DNA from: Cellvibrionaceae bacterium
Lineage (GTDB): Bacteria; Pseudomonadota; Gammaproteobacteria; Pseudomonadales; Cellvibrionaceae
Assembly (NCBI GenBank): GCA_965248935.1
Contig: OZ252214.1
Location: forward strand, 2,097,874-2,161,873
Direction: 5' to 3'
DNA length: 64,000 bases
The number at the start of each line of letters is the position of its first letter. The first letter of the stretch is position 1. Of this stretch, positions 48,591 to 59,049 are shown in pieces. Made by a program: the position numbers and the translations under genes. The notes below the pieces were generated by a model, which worked only from the letters and a program-made list of their open reading frames with translations, was not told the origin of the DNA and did not search any database.

Positions 48591-49918
48591 ACCAACCTCG
48601 TTCTTCCTGTGAGTAATTCTTGCATCATGCCTTGTTTGATTTTTTGGGTTTTGGAAAGGCGCTGCTCTATGATGGCGATTTCTCTATCCATTTCTGACAA
48701 CATACCAGCAATTATTGACTGCTCTTCAATTGAAGGAAGTAAAATTTCTAACCCAGCATACTCGACGCCATTAATACCTGGCTGCCCACTTCTCATCGAT
48801 GTAACCTTTACCCACCGCCAATACCTTTCAGTTTTTACATATTGAGATAAATACATAGGATTTAATGTCACCGTATTCGGTGAAACCTTTATCAAAAATC
48901 CAGCGTATATTAGCTCTCCGTCGCTTTCGTCATATAGGTATGATTTCCCTACACTAGCACCAGTACGAGCAAAAACTAGTTCATCAGACTGTAGCTTATA
49001 CAAATAAGAAAATTGATTATTAACGCCAACTTTATTCGATGAAGTAAAGTAGCCATCCTCGTTTATATCAGTTATTCGAAGATACACAGGTAAATCGCCT
49101 TTCAACTTAACAGCTGCCGCATTTATCCCATATCTCGGTGGCTCATTAAGATGCGAACCAAGAGATGTTATATCCCAATCCTCCGGTATTTCACCCAGCT
49201 CGCTTTGTTTGTAGCCCTTCTCTTTTCCATCGGCGGTTTTATCAAAGGGGGGCAGGCGTTTTTTGCCGGTGAGCAGTTTCTGCATGGTGGCGGTTTTGAT
49301 GGCGCGTTTTTTGGCGATCAGTTTTTCTAGTGAGGTGATTAGGGCATCGACATCGGAAAGGGCGGTGGCTATGGCGGTTTGTTCTGGCAATGAAGGAAGA
49401 ACAATTGGGAGTTGACCTAAAGCTGTTTTATTGATTGACGCCAAATTTGTTGTTTGTTTGCCCGCAACCAAGAAATATTTTCGGGCAGCGGTATGCCCTG
49501 TCCATACATTAAGGTAATCTGAACATAAACTCGAACCACATCGAACAACAAAAACATGATTCTGGTGAATGCATGATTTAAATTCACCGCGCCAAATTGC
49601 ACCCCGCCCTAACTTATCAAGATCTCCCCCTTCATTCATCAACACATCCCCAGGGAGTAAAGCATATTGAGCAATATCCTCTCTACTCACACTGATTTCA
49701 CTCATATCAGAAAGGTTTAAATACCCGTCTTGAACGTTTGCAACTCGAAGGTAATGAACTAGAACGGGATTATGAACTATCTTATTCGAGTTCTTTGCAA
49801 TTCCCGAACGTATTTTCGCTAATTCAATAAGAGGAAGTATTCGCCAATCCTCAGGTATCACCCCAACTTCCGTTTGCTTATACCCTTCCGGCACCACTTG
49901 CTTTACCTTACTCACCAC
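48587..49918 (-). CDS. hsdS: Type I restriction-modification specificity subunit (HsdS) with two target-recognition domains.
   Basis: 443 aa. The HsdS N-terminus (VPEGYKQTEVGVIPEDWRILPL) and the conserved central and C-terminal repeats (..LPSLPEQTAIA.. / ..LPSIEEQSIIA..). Confidence 0.85.
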   Translation of the reverse strand: MVSKVKQVVPEGYKQTEVGVIPEDWRILPLIELAKIRSGIAKNSNKIVHNPVLVHYLRVANVQDGYLNLSDMSEISVSREDIAQYALLPGDVLMNEGGDLDKLGRGAIWRGEFKSCIHQNHVFVVRCGSSLCSDYLNVWTGHTAARKYFLVAGKQTTNLASINKTALGQLPIVLPSLPEQTAIATALSDVDALITSLEKLIAKKRAIKTATMQKLLTGKKRLPPFDKTADGKEKGYKQSELGEIPEDWDITSLGSHLNEPPRYGINAAAVKLKGDLPVYLRITDINEDGYFTSSNKVGVNNQFSYLYKLQSDELVFARTGASVGKSYLYDESDGELIYAGFLIKVSPNTVTLNPMYLSQYVKTERYWRWVKVTSMRSGQPGINGVEYAGLEILLPSIEEQSIIAGMLSEMDREIAIIEQRLSKTQKIKQGMMQELLTGRTRLV

Positions 49919-52416
49919 TGCAACCCTATTTTTTTCAAATGTTTATCCACTTTGCTGCTTAGGGCTTTCACTTCTTGAGTTAATTCCGGCAGTGGGTTGG
50001 CATAACGCTCTTCCAGGGTTTTTATGCGGTTGGTCAACTGTTGGGTGACACGTTCTATTTCCGCCGAAATTGTGGCTTCTATTGTGGCTAGCCATTTGTC
50101 TTCCACTATTAAGGTTTTGCATTCGGCTTGGGTGAGTTTTTTATAGTGGTTAAATACACGTTTATCCAAGACTTCTTGTGCGGTTTTTACGGTTTTTTTA
50201 TTGTTGGCGTCTAGCTCTATTAATTTTTTTACCTGTTCCAGTGCGGCTATTTCATCACTATCCGCTGCTTCTATTAGCCTAATGTCTTTTAATCTTGCGG
50301 CCACACAGGCTTTGTTTATTTTGCCATTGTCGTTTAGGGCTTCTTCCAGTAGGCCGCCTTCTACGGCATGTTCTTCGGTATAGCTTTCCAGTTCTTGCGT
50401 GCTGGCATCGGCGGTGCTTTGCAGGCTGTCTATTTCTGCTTGTTCGGCAGCAAAATAGGCGCTTACGATTAAGGCCGGGGGAATAAGCTCCGCTTTGTAT
50501 TTGGCTTTGTTAATAATTAGGTCAGGTGTTTCTTTGAGTTTTTCGCCTTTTTTAACGATTAGCTCACGGATGACTTTGCCGGCTTCCCAACCGTCTTGGG
50601 TGATGACATACACATCGTCTTGCAATGTGTGTTCCCAGTAGTCCATGATTATTTGGTACATGTCGTATCGGTCTAATAAGGGTGCTTTGGTATAGGTGCT
50701 AAGCAGGCTTTCGGAGATACGGTATATAACGGCTTTGGGTTTGTCTTTTTTATTCAGCGCGCTCTTATTCAAAGCTCTGAGGTTGGCTTCTTCCTTCCAG
50801 TTTTGGAAGAGTTTGAGGTTTTTTGTGGCGAAGCGTTTGAATTCTTTATTTTCCAGTATGGTATTTTTAACTTCATTGGCTTCCACTAATGCTTGGCTGT
50901 AGCCTTCTCGCTCTTCTGCAAATAGGGTGTTACGCAAGCTGGGGAAGACTTTCCAGTAGTGTTGCAATGCGTCTATGTCTCTGTTGGGTATGCCGCCGCT
51001 AAGGTGGGCACTTAGGTCGTGTAGGTCTTCCGCTTCGGAGCTGTCGATATAGCGGGGAATATTTAGGTTGTAGTCGTGGGTTTCTATTTCTTTAACGCTA
51101 ACCTGTCGGCTGTAGCCTGCAATGGTCAGTTGCTTGTTAAAGACATCGACAATTTTGTGGAGGTCTTGTTCGCGTAGGCGGTTTTTGTTGCCGTCTTTTA
51201 TAAAGCCTTTGCTGGCGTCGAGCATAAATATGCCGGCGCCTTTTCCCTTTCCGTTACCTTTGACGCGCTCTTCTGCATTTTCTTTATCAATAACAATAAT
51301 ACACGCGGGTATGCCGGTGCCATAAAACAGGTTGGCGGGTAGGCCAATAATGCCTTTGATGTAGCCTTGTTTTATCAGCTTGCGGCGTATACCGGCTTCG
51401 GCATTGCCACGGAATAATACACCGTGGGGCAATATCACCGCGCCCTTGCCTGTGCTTTTTAAGGATTTAAGGATGTGCAATAAAAAGGCGTAGTCGCCAT
51501 TTTTTTCTGGTGGCTCGCCGTATTCAAAACGGCGGTAGATATCTGCCCCGGTATCGTCGCGGGTTATGCCTGTTGTCCAGGCTTTAAAGGAGAATGGCGG
51601 ATTGGCCACGGCGAAGTCAAAAGTTTGCAGGGTATTATTCTGGGCGCTTTTCGAATTATTTTTGAATTCTGGTTCGGCCAGGGTGCTATGGCCGCCCACG
51701 GCGATTTCGGCATCGGCGTTGTCATGCAGGTACATGTTCATTCGGCACAGGGCGGTGGTGGAGACGTCTTTCTCTTGGCCGTAGATGCTCATGCCCGCTT
51801 TGGATTCGTCCGCCGCTTTCAGCAGGAGCGAGCCGGAGCCGCAGGTGGGGTCGTAGACGCTTTTGTTTCTTCCTGTGTCTTTAGTAATGCCCACCACTTT
51901 GGCCACCACGCGGGAGACTTCTGCGGGGGTATAGAATTGGCCCTTGCTTTTACCGGATTCGGTGGCGAAGTTGCGCATTAAATATTCGTAGGCATCGCCG
52001 AGTAGGTCGTCCCCTTCTATGTTGTTGGCGGCAAAGTCTAGGCCCTCAAATATGCCAATAATTTTGGAGAGCCTGTCGACCATTTCTTTGCCTTTGCCCA
52101 GGCGCTCTTCGTCGTTGAAGTCGTTATCTTTGTTGGACAACCAGGGGATTTCATTTTCTTCCGCGATACCGTCCAATACTTTGTTGAGTTTTTCGCCTAT
52201 TTCTTTATCGCCCTTTAGGTTGACCATGTCGGCGAAGGCGCAGCCTTTTGGCACAACGATCATGGCTTTGGGGTCTTTTTTAAATTTATCAGAGACGTAT
52301 TTTAAAAATAGAAAGGTGAGTATGTAGTCTTTGTATTGGGAGGCGTCCATTCCGCCGCGCAGTTCGTCGCAGCTTGCCCAGAGGGAGGAGTAGAGTTCGG
52401 TTTTTTTAATGGCCAT
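49912..52416 (-). CDS. hsdM: Type I restriction-modification N6-adenine DNA methyltransferase (HsdM) with a ~300-aa C-terminal coiled-coil extension.
   Basis: Motif I DPTCGSGSLL, motif IV VANPPFS. 834 aa, against the usual ~520. Confidence 0.9.
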   Translation of the reverse strand: MAIKKTELYSSLWASCDELRGGMDASQYKDYILTFLFLKYVSDKFKKDPKAMIVVPKGCAFADMVNLKGDKEIGEKLNKVLDGIAEENEIPWLSNKDNDFNDEERLGKGKEMVDRLSKIIGIFEGLDFAANNIEGDDLLGDAYEYLMRNFATESGKSKGQFYTPAEVSRVVAKVVGITKDTGRNKSVYDPTCGSGSLLLKAADESKAGMSIYGQEKDVSTTALCRMNMYLHDNADAEIAVGGHSTLAEPEFKNNSKSAQNNTLQTFDFAVANPPFSFKAWTTGITRDDTGADIYRRFEYGEPPEKNGDYAFLLHILKSLKSTGKGAVILPHGVLFRGNAEAGIRRKLIKQGYIKGIIGLPANLFYGTGIPACIIVIDKENAEERVKGNGKGKGAGIFMLDASKGFIKDGNKNRLREQDLHKIVDVFNKQLTIAGYSRQVSVKEIETHDYNLNIPRYIDSSEAEDLHDLSAHLSGGIPNRDIDALQHYWKVFPSLRNTLFAEEREGYSQALVEANEVKNTILENKEFKRFATKNLKLFQNWKEEANLRALNKSALNKKDKPKAVIYRISESLLSTYTKAPLLDRYDMYQIIMDYWEHTLQDDVYVITQDGWEAGKVIRELIVKKGEKLKETPDLIINKAKYKAELIPPALIVSAYFAAEQAEIDSLQSTADASTQELESYTEEHAVEGGLLEEALNDNGKINKACVAARLKDIRLIEAADSDEIAALEQVKKLIELDANNKKTVKTAQEVLDKRVFNHYKKLTQAECKTLIVEDKWLATIEATISAEIERVTQQLTNRIKTLEERYANPLPELTQEVKALSSKVDKHLKKIGLQW

Positions 52417-52804
52417 GGTTTACTTTTTTTCGTACTTTTTAGTCAGTCGTTTTTTAAAAAGGCTTGGTTTAATATTCGGAAAATATAAGCCGTTATGTTT
52501 TGACGCCCAATAATTCAGAATCATCTAAACCTAGAACGCCCTTAAAGAAAACAACCATAGTAAGGCGATAGTAAACCACACACAAAAATAGTGCATTTTT
52601 GTGTGTTTACTTCCGATACTAGGGTCTTTGTTAAGCTAGTTGGTTCATAGCGAGGGCATTGTTACTGGTATTGACTCACCCGCTTGAACACGCCTTAATA
52701 TGCGCGGTATGGATGGGAAAAAAGTAGTGTCACCCTACAATTTCTAACTGTGGGCTTTCTAACAAGGTTTCTGTCTTATTAGCCATTGGTCTTATTAGCC
52801 ATTG

Positions 52805-53050
52805 TTAACAAGCGTAGTTGCCTTCTTTTCTACGGCGTTCACATTCTTTGCGAATATTTTCACAGGCGGTAACCTTGCCGGGAGATGTTGGGTTTTTCTG
52901 CACGCATTCATCGCGTTTAGCCACCAATTCCTGATTGCTCATCGATTTCATTTTACCTTCACAGCCTGCCAAAAGTAGGCTCGTACAAATACATACCCCT
53001 GCTGTTAGTAACTTATTCAAGTTCTTCACCTTTCTTGTACTGAATGCCAA
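52805..53050 (-). CDS. Small lipoprotein, Cys-rich.
   Basis: Lipobox LLLAGC. 81 aa. Confidence 0.5.
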   Translation of the reverse strand: MAFSTRKVKNLNKLLTAGVCICTSLLLAGCEGKMKSMSNQELVAKRDECVQKNPTSPGKVTACENIRKECERRRKEGNYAC

Positions 53051-53260
53051 AAGATAACTGCTCTTTAGCAGTTTAGCTTATTCTCAAAACTTCACATAAA
53101 GAATCATGTCTACTAACTTAATGTATAAAAAAATAGATTCCACAATAATGAATGAGACGAAAAACAATTGATGCTATTAGAATAAAAGTGGGCCTGGGGT
53201 TTTGATGTGATTAACCCCAAACCCTTGGTATTGACTTGTTCTTTCGCTCGCTGTGTATAC

Positions 53261-53992
53261 TTATTGGTTCCCTTCTTTCGCAGCTTTTATCTGCTTTTCT
53301 ATTTCACTAATAGGAAGGTGCCGTACGTCTTTTCCATGAACGAGGTAGATCACCTGTTCAGCAACGTTTCTTGCGTGGTCGCCAATTCTCTCTAATGCAC
53401 GCAACGCCCACATAACGTTCAATACACGTGAAATTGAGCGGGGATCTTCCATCATAAAGGTGATTAATTCCCGAAGTGCTGACTTGTATTCTCGGTCAAC
53501 TTCTTTATCTTCTCTTACCACGCGAATGGCGGCGGCGACATCAAAGCGAGCAAAGGCATCTAGCGTGGTATTCACCATTTTCGCCACGTTGGCGCCTATA
53601 TGGCGAAGCTCTACGTAACCACGAGGTGATTCGCCATCTTCGTTCAATGCTATAGCCATTTTGGCGATTTTATTTGCTTCATCACCAATGCGTTCCAGAT
53701 CTCTTGTGGATTTGGATACCATCATGACTAAGCGTAAATCCGATGCCGCCGGTTGGCGACGCGCCAGTATCAGTGTGCATTCATGGTCCAGGTTTATTTC
53801 CCACTGGTCCACGTCCATTTCTCGCTGCATCACTTCTTCGGCAAGCTCGCCTTCTGCGTTCACAATAGCTTCAATGCTTTTGTGAACTTGGTCTTCTACC
53901 ATGCCACCCATTTCTAAAAAGTCTGAGCGAAGTTTTTCCAGGTCGGCATTAAATTGTTGGGAGATATGTTGATCAAGGTGTAACGAATCCAT
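53261..53992 (-). CDS. phoU: Phosphate signalling complex protein PhoU. The tracked ORF extends to 54013; start taken at MDSLHLDQHISQQFN.
   Basis: Two PhoU repeats with ..RIGDEANKIAK.. / ..RIGDHARNVAEQV.. motifs. Confidence 0.9.
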   Translation of the reverse strand: MDSLHLDQHISQQFNADLEKLRSDFLEMGGMVEDQVHKSIEAIVNAEGELAEEVMQREMDVDQWEINLDHECTLILARRQPAASDLRLVMMVSKSTRDLERIGDEANKIAKMAIALNEDGESPRGYVELRHIGANVAKMVNTTLDAFARFDVAAAIRVVREDKEVDREYKSALRELITFMMEDPRSISRVLNVMWALRALERIGDHARNVAEQVIYLVHGKDVRHLPISEIEKQIKAAKEGNQ

Positions 53993-54022
53993 AATTTTAT
54001 TCTCTTTTGTCACTCAGACAGG

Positions 54023-54844
54023 TTAACCCATACGCCCGGTGATATACGCTTCTGTAAGTTCGTGCTGAGGGTTGGTGAACACCGTTTGTGTATCGTTTAC
54101 CTCTACGATACGCCCCATGTGGAAGTAGGCTGTACGGGTTGAAACACGAGCAGCCTGTTGCATGGAATGGGTTACAATGGCAATGGTGTAATTTTCACGA
54201 AGTTCCGCAATTAACTCTTCTATTTTAGCGGTTGCGATGGGATCTAGCGAGGAACAGGGTTCATCCATAAGAATTATTTCTGGACTTATTGCAATTGCCC
54301 GAGCAATGCACAATCTTTGTTGCTGCCCACCGGATAACCCGGTACCGGGTTGATCCAAGCGATCTTTTACTTCTTTCCATAAGCCAGCCCGTTGAAGTGC
54401 CGTTTCAACAATTTCTTCTAGTTCGGACCTTGCGGAGGCCAATCCGTGGATTTTTGGCCCGTAAGCAATATTTTCGTATATAGACTTAGGAAATGGGTTT
54501 GGCTTTTGAAATACCATGCCCACTCGGCTACGCAGTGTTACTACGTCCATTTTCGATTGGTAGATATTGGTGCCGTCCAATTCGAAGTCGCCGGTCACCT
54601 TACAAATATCAATGGTATCGTTCATGCGATTTAAACAGCGTAAGAATGTTGATTTACCGCAACCAGAGGGGCCAATCATGGAAATGATTTCATTTCCGGC
54701 AATGTCTATATTGGCATCAAAGATCGCTTGTTTTTCACCGTAAAATACGTTGGCATTGCGAATTCGAAATTTAGTGTCGGATTCACAAAAAGGGTGTCCG
54801 ACTGTTTCGATGGCCCCTTGGGCAACGTCATTCAATGCTTGCAT
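54023..54844 (-). CDS. pstB: Phosphate ABC transporter ATP-binding protein PstB.
   Basis: Walker [10 protein letters not shown], the LSGGQQQR signature, Walker B ILMDEP. 273 aa. Confidence 0.92.
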   Translation of the reverse strand: MQALNDVAQGAIETVGHPFCESDTKFRIRNANVFYGEKQAIFDANIDIAGNEIISMIGPSGCGKSTFLRCLNRMNDTIDICKVTGDFELDGTNIYQSKMDVVTLRSRVGMVFQKPNPFPKSIYENIAYGPKIHGLASARSELEEIVETALQRAGLWKEVKDRLDQPGTGLSGGQQQRLCIARAIAISPEIILMDEPCSSLDPIATAKIEELIAELRENYTIAIVTHSMQQAARVSTRTAYFHMGRIVEVNDTQTVFTNPQHELTEAYITGRMG

Positions 54845-54896
54845 GGAAAATCTCTTTTATATAATTTTTAATAACGTTTATTGAATAAGCTGTGGT

Positions 54897-56264
54897 TTAC
54901 CAGCGACGCTCAAGTTTTTTGCGCAGCCACACTGCACAGGTATTCATAAAAATCAAAAATACCATCAACACCATAATGGCTGCTGAGGTTAGATCAACAA
55001 AGGCTTTTTCTGGGCTGTCTGCCCAGAGGAATATTTGCACAGGTAATACTGTTGCAGGGTCCAATATTCCGTTGGGAATATCGACAATAAACGCGACCAT
55101 GCCAATCATTAACAGAGGCGCTGTTTCGCCAAGCGCTTGCGCCATTCCAATAATGGCGCCGGTGAGCATACCCGGCATAGCCAGTGGCAGTATGTGATGT
55201 AATATAACTTGCATTTTCGATGCTCCCATTCCCAATGCGGCTTCACGGATAGAGGGAGGGACAGATTTAATTGAGGCGCGGCTTGATATTATAACGGTGG
55301 GCAGTGTCATAAGGGTTAACACTAAACCACCAATGAGTGGAACCGATCTAGGCACACCGAGTACACCGACAAATATTGATAAACCTAATAAACCAAAAAT
55401 AATGGAAGGCACCGCAGCGAGGTTATTAATGTTCACTTCGATAAAGTCTGTTAGTTTGGTTTTAGCTGCGTACTCTTCTAAGTAAATTGCCGTGGCCACA
55501 CCAATAGGAAACGAAAGAAAGAAGGTGACTAATAGGGTAAATAGGCTGCCTTTTAACGCGCCTAAGATGCCCGCCATTTCAGGTTCGCTGGAATCGCCAC
55601 TGACAAAAAAATTCTTGTTTATTTTGCGACCGGCTTCGCCGCGTTCTAGCAGCTCATTGATCCAGGCCAACTGTTTTTCGGAAAGGCGGCTAGAAAAGCC
55701 TTCGCCTGTCGGCCCTTTGGTTTTTACATAGGTATCGAAATCGTCGTCGGCAAGCAGCCAGTGTGTTTCCGTTTGACCAAGTACATCCGGGTTGGAAACA
55801 ATATAGTCTTTTAGTTGATAGCCCGCGCCGACACTGACAAGTCGGTATAGGTCACGCTTGTCTCGGCGTTTTGTTACGTCGGGGAAGCGTTTGCGCAATG
55901 CATTGCGAATAACGCCCTCAAAGTTTGCGGCATTAAGTTGGTCGGTATCGCTAACGTCATAGAGGTCGAGCGTATCTTTATTAAATTCAATTTCTAGCTG
56001 CACATGAGTCACGCTAAATGCGCTAAACCCTCGACCTGCAATTTCAAACATCAAAAAAGCCAACGCAAATAAGCCAAAGCAAATGGATGCAAGTCCAAAC
56101 GCTTTAAAACGCTTTTCTTTTCGATAGCGCTTCTTTAAGCTTTTTTCTACAAGCTCGGCAGTGGTCAGTTTTCTTTTTGGCTCAGAGGGTTTCACTGTTT
56201 TTGTTGCCGCTGATTTTGGATTATTCATATTGTTCCCGGTATTTCTTAACAACATGCAACGCAT
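54897..56264 (-). CDS. pstA: Phosphate ABC transporter permease PstA (long form with an N-terminal extension). Start uncertain; an internal Met at 56228 would remove the overlap with pstC.
   Basis: ABC permease EAA-type motif region and the long-form architecture seen in pseudomonad-type pst operons. Confidence 0.85.
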   Translation of the reverse strand: MRCMLLRNTGNNMNNPKSAATKTVKPSEPKRKLTTAELVEKSLKKRYRKEKRFKAFGLASICFGLFALAFLMFEIAGRGFSAFSVTHVQLEIEFNKDTLDLYDVSDTDQLNAANFEGVIRNALRKRFPDVTKRRDKRDLYRLVSVGAGYQLKDYIVSNPDVLGQTETHWLLADDDFDTYVKTKGPTGEGFSSRLSEKQLAWINELLERGEAGRKINKNFFVSGDSSEPEMAGILGALKGSLFTLLVTFFLSFPIGVATAIYLEEYAAKTKLTDFIEVNINNLAAVPSIIFGLLGLSIFVGVLGVPRSVPLIGGLVLTLMTLPTVIISSRASIKSVPPSIREAALGMGASKMQVILHHILPLAMPGMLTGAIIGMAQALGETAPLLMIGMVAFIVDIPNGILDPATVLPVQIFLWADSPEKAFVDLTSAAIMVLMVFLIFMNTCAVWLRKKLERRW

Positions 56265-57606
56265 AAATATTGAGTGCCAAGGTAGTAATAAACAGCATTA
56301 AACCCAGTGCAAATGCAGCCAGTGTTTTGGGGCTATCAAATTCTTGGTCGCCCACCAGTAGGGTAACGATCTGTACTGTTACGGTTGTCACGGCTTCTAG
56401 GGGGTTGGCGGTAAGGTTGGCACTTAGACCCGCCGCCATTACAACAATCATGGTCTCACCAATAGCTCGACTAATGGCAAGCAGCACGCCGCCGACAATC
56501 CCAGGTAATGCGGCTGGAATCACAACGTTTTTGATGGTTTCTGAGTGGGTTGCCCCCAAGCCCAAAGAACCATCCCGCAAGGATTGAGGCACAGCACTTA
56601 TAACGTCGTCGGACAGGGATGAAACAAATGGAATGGTCATTACCCCCATAACCAAGCCCGCAGCCAAAGCACTTTCGGAAGAGGCGTTTAGCCCAATGGA
56701 AACGCCCAAGTCTCTAATTGCGGGGGCAATGGTCAGTGCGGCAAAGAACCCATAGACAACGGTAGGAATACCGGCCAGAACTTCCAAAGCGGGTTTTATA
56801 TAGGAACGCAGTTTACGACTGGCATATTCAGAGAGGTAAATAGCGGACATTAAGCCCGCTGGTACAGCCACGAGCATGGCGATAGTCGCCACCATCAGGG
56901 TACCCGCAAACAAAGGCACGGCACCAAAGCTACCGGAGGAGGCAACTTGGTCTTCGCGGATAGCCATTTGCGGGCTCCATTCAAGCCCAAACAGGAATTC
57001 CGTTATAGGCACCGACTGGAAGAAGCGCACTGACTCAAACAGAACCGATAAGACAATGCCCACCGTGGTCAGAATGGCGATCATTGAGCAAAACAGTAAG
57101 CCCAATCGAAATGAATTTTCAACTTTTTGACGAGCTTGGAAGGCGGGTTGTATGCGCTTCCAGGTAACAGCGAGAATAATGGTGAGCATACAGGCGATAA
57201 AGGACACCATGGACCACCAGCTAATGTGCTGCAATTGCTTAAGGTGCTCTGCGGCTCCGATAAGCGCCTTTTCACTGTTGCTTTGTTCTGCACCCGCAGC
57301 AATATTTTCAATTTGGTTGATAATAAGACCAAGTTCATTGGCAGAAAGCTGACGCAGCTCAACGGGTAAATCATTGATAACGATGCTGCGAACGATGCTG
57401 TTGTCTGCGGCCATCCAGAGGGCAAATACGAGAAAAGAGGGGATGGCACACCACAGCGCTGCGTGCAGGCCATGATAGACGGGCAACGAGTTCAAATGTT
57501 GGATGCCGCCAACGGCTTTCGCTCCAGCAATGGACCTATGGCGCCCCATAATAAAGGCGATGTTAGTGATACACAGTAGGATGACTACCAGCAGTAGAAT
57601 ATTCAT
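56221..57606 (-). CDS. pstC: Phosphate ABC transporter permease PstC (long form).
   Basis: 461-aa polytopic permease, first permease of the pstCAB order. Confidence 0.85.
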   Translation of the reverse strand: MNILLLVVILLCITNIAFIMGRHRSIAGAKAVGGIQHLNSLPVYHGLHAALWCAIPSFLVFALWMAADNSIVRSIVINDLPVELRQLSANELGLIINQIENIAAGAEQSNSEKALIGAAEHLKQLQHISWWSMVSFIACMLTIILAVTWKRIQPAFQARQKVENSFRLGLLFCSMIAILTTVGIVLSVLFESVRFFQSVPITEFLFGLEWSPQMAIREDQVASSGSFGAVPLFAGTLMVATIAMLVAVPAGLMSAIYLSEYASRKLRSYIKPALEVLAGIPTVVYGFFAALTIAPAIRDLGVSIGLNASSESALAAGLVMGVMTIPFVSSLSDDVISAVPQSLRDGSLGLGATHSETIKNVVIPAALPGIVGGVLLAISRAIGETMIVVMAAGLSANLTANPLEAVTTVTVQIVTLLVGDQEFDSPKTLAAFALGLMLFITTLALNIYALHVVKKYREQYE

Positions 57607-57728
57607 TTTAATCCACGTTTACATCAACGGAGTCTTCAAAAAGCGGTTGCGTCTTGTTCGCATTGAGTCAATTTGAAGTTCGTATTAGTGCGGCCTGCTT
57701 TTTACCGCAATTTGTATCGGTATACAAC

Positions 57729-57752
57729 GAAAAAACCCGGTTTTAACCGGGC
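57729..57752 (-). terminator. Short hairpin plus T6 on the minus strand between pstS and pstC, a probable intra-operon attenuator/terminator.
   Basis: The minus strand reads CCCGG-TTAAAA-CCGGG followed by TTTTTT. Confidence 0.4.
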
Positions 57753-57790
57753 TTTATCTAAATCGTTAAGATTAGTATGCCATGTAAAAG

Positions 57791-58831
57791 TTACAACTTA
57801 AGTGGCGTCAGATTAATTGCTTGGTTTTTTACTTCTTTTCGCTTCTCGGCAGACAGAGGAATCATTCCCTTATCGACTAGGTAACCATCGTCGCCCCAGG
57901 CTTTTTCAGCGGTAAATTCTTTTAGGTACTCCACGATTCCTGGGATCACATCAACGTGTGCTTTTTTGATGTAGATGTACAATGGGCGAGAGATTGAGTA
58001 GCTGCCATCAACGATAGAATCAAACTCTGGCTCTACGCCATCAATAATAGCAGGCTGTACTTTATCGATGTTTTGATCAAGGTAACTGAAACCAAAGATA
58101 CCCAAAGATTTAGGTGATTTAGTCAGTTTCTGAACAATGACGTTATCTTGCTCGCCGGAGTCGGTATAGGCACCATCTTCACGTACCCCGTGACAGATAG
58201 CTTTATAGCGCTTTTTGTCTTGTTTCTCTATCGCTTTGATCCATGCAAACTCTTTACAACCTGCCTCCATGGCCAACTCAACAAAGGCGTCACGAGTACC
58301 TGAGGAGGGTGGGGGGCCGTATACGTGAATTTTGTCGGCTGGCAATGCTGCGTTTACTTCATTCCAGTTTTTGTAAGGGTTGTCGATTAGCTCTTCTTTA
58401 CCATTTGGGTTAGGAATTTGCTTTGCTAGTGCTATAAACAGGTCTTTACGAGTCACGTTAAACGGTGTGCCCGCTTTTGAATTCGCCAATACAATACCAT
58501 CGTAGCCAATCAATACTTCAACAATATCGTTTACGCCGTTCTTAGCGCATTTTTCCACTTCTGAAGCCTTAATTCGGCGTGAAGCATTCGTAACATCCGG
58601 GTGAGATACGCCTACGCCCTTACAAAATGTATCCAACCCCCCACCTGTGCCCAAGGTTTCAACGGTTGGGGTTTTAAAGTTAGTAGAACGACCAAAACGT
58701 TCCGCCACTACTTTAGAAAACGGGAAAACCGTTGAGGAACCAACAATCGAAATTTGCTCGCGGGCCGCGTGGGATAGAGAGACAATGCCACTTAACGCAA
58801 CGATTAAAGTAGATAGTAATAGTTTTTTCAC
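57791..58831 (-). CDS. pstS: Phosphate-binding periplasmic protein (PstS family).
   Basis: Signal peptide plus ..SIVGSSTVFPF..TGGGLDTFCKG.. 346 aa. Confidence 0.8.
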   Translation of the reverse strand: MKKLLLSTLIVALSGIVSLSHAAREQISIVGSSTVFPFSKVVAERFGRSTNFKTPTVETLGTGGGLDTFCKGVGVSHPDVTNASRRIKASEVEKCAKNGVNDIVEVLIGYDGIVLANSKAGTPFNVTRKDLFIALAKQIPNPNGKEELIDNPYKNWNEVNAALPADKIHVYGPPPSSGTRDAFVELAMEAGCKEFAWIKAIEKQDKKRYKAICHGVREDGAYTDSGEQDNVIVQKLTKSPKSLGIFGFSYLDQNIDKVQPAIIDGVEPEFDSIVDGSYSISRPLYIYIKKAHVDVIPGIVEYLKEFTAEKAWGDDGYLVDKGMIPLSAEKRKEVKNQAINLTPLKL

Positions 58832-58918
58832 AGTTATCTCCTGAATGAAACCAAGTCAAAAAGCCTCCAACAAACCCGCTAGAGACCTCTAAATATAGGT
58901 AAGAACGGCGCCAGCTTA

Positions 58919-58936
58919 TTACGGGAATGTAACAGT
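58919..58936 (-). promoter_or_regulatory. Candidate Pho box (PhoB binding site) upstream of pstS.
   Basis: The minus strand reads CTGTTAC-ATTC-CCGTAAT, two 7-mers with a 4-nt spacer. The first is 6/7 to CTGTCAT and the second 5/7. It lies about 88 bp upstream of the pstS start. Weak. Confidence 0.25.
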
Positions 58937-59049
58937 TTTGTTTCAGTCTACACAGGGGGTATATCAAATAACAAAATCTTGAAAGCAAAAACGCTATACT
59001 CTCACCCATTCTGGACCAGGCTAAAAAATAAAAAGAAAAGAACCCTCTT

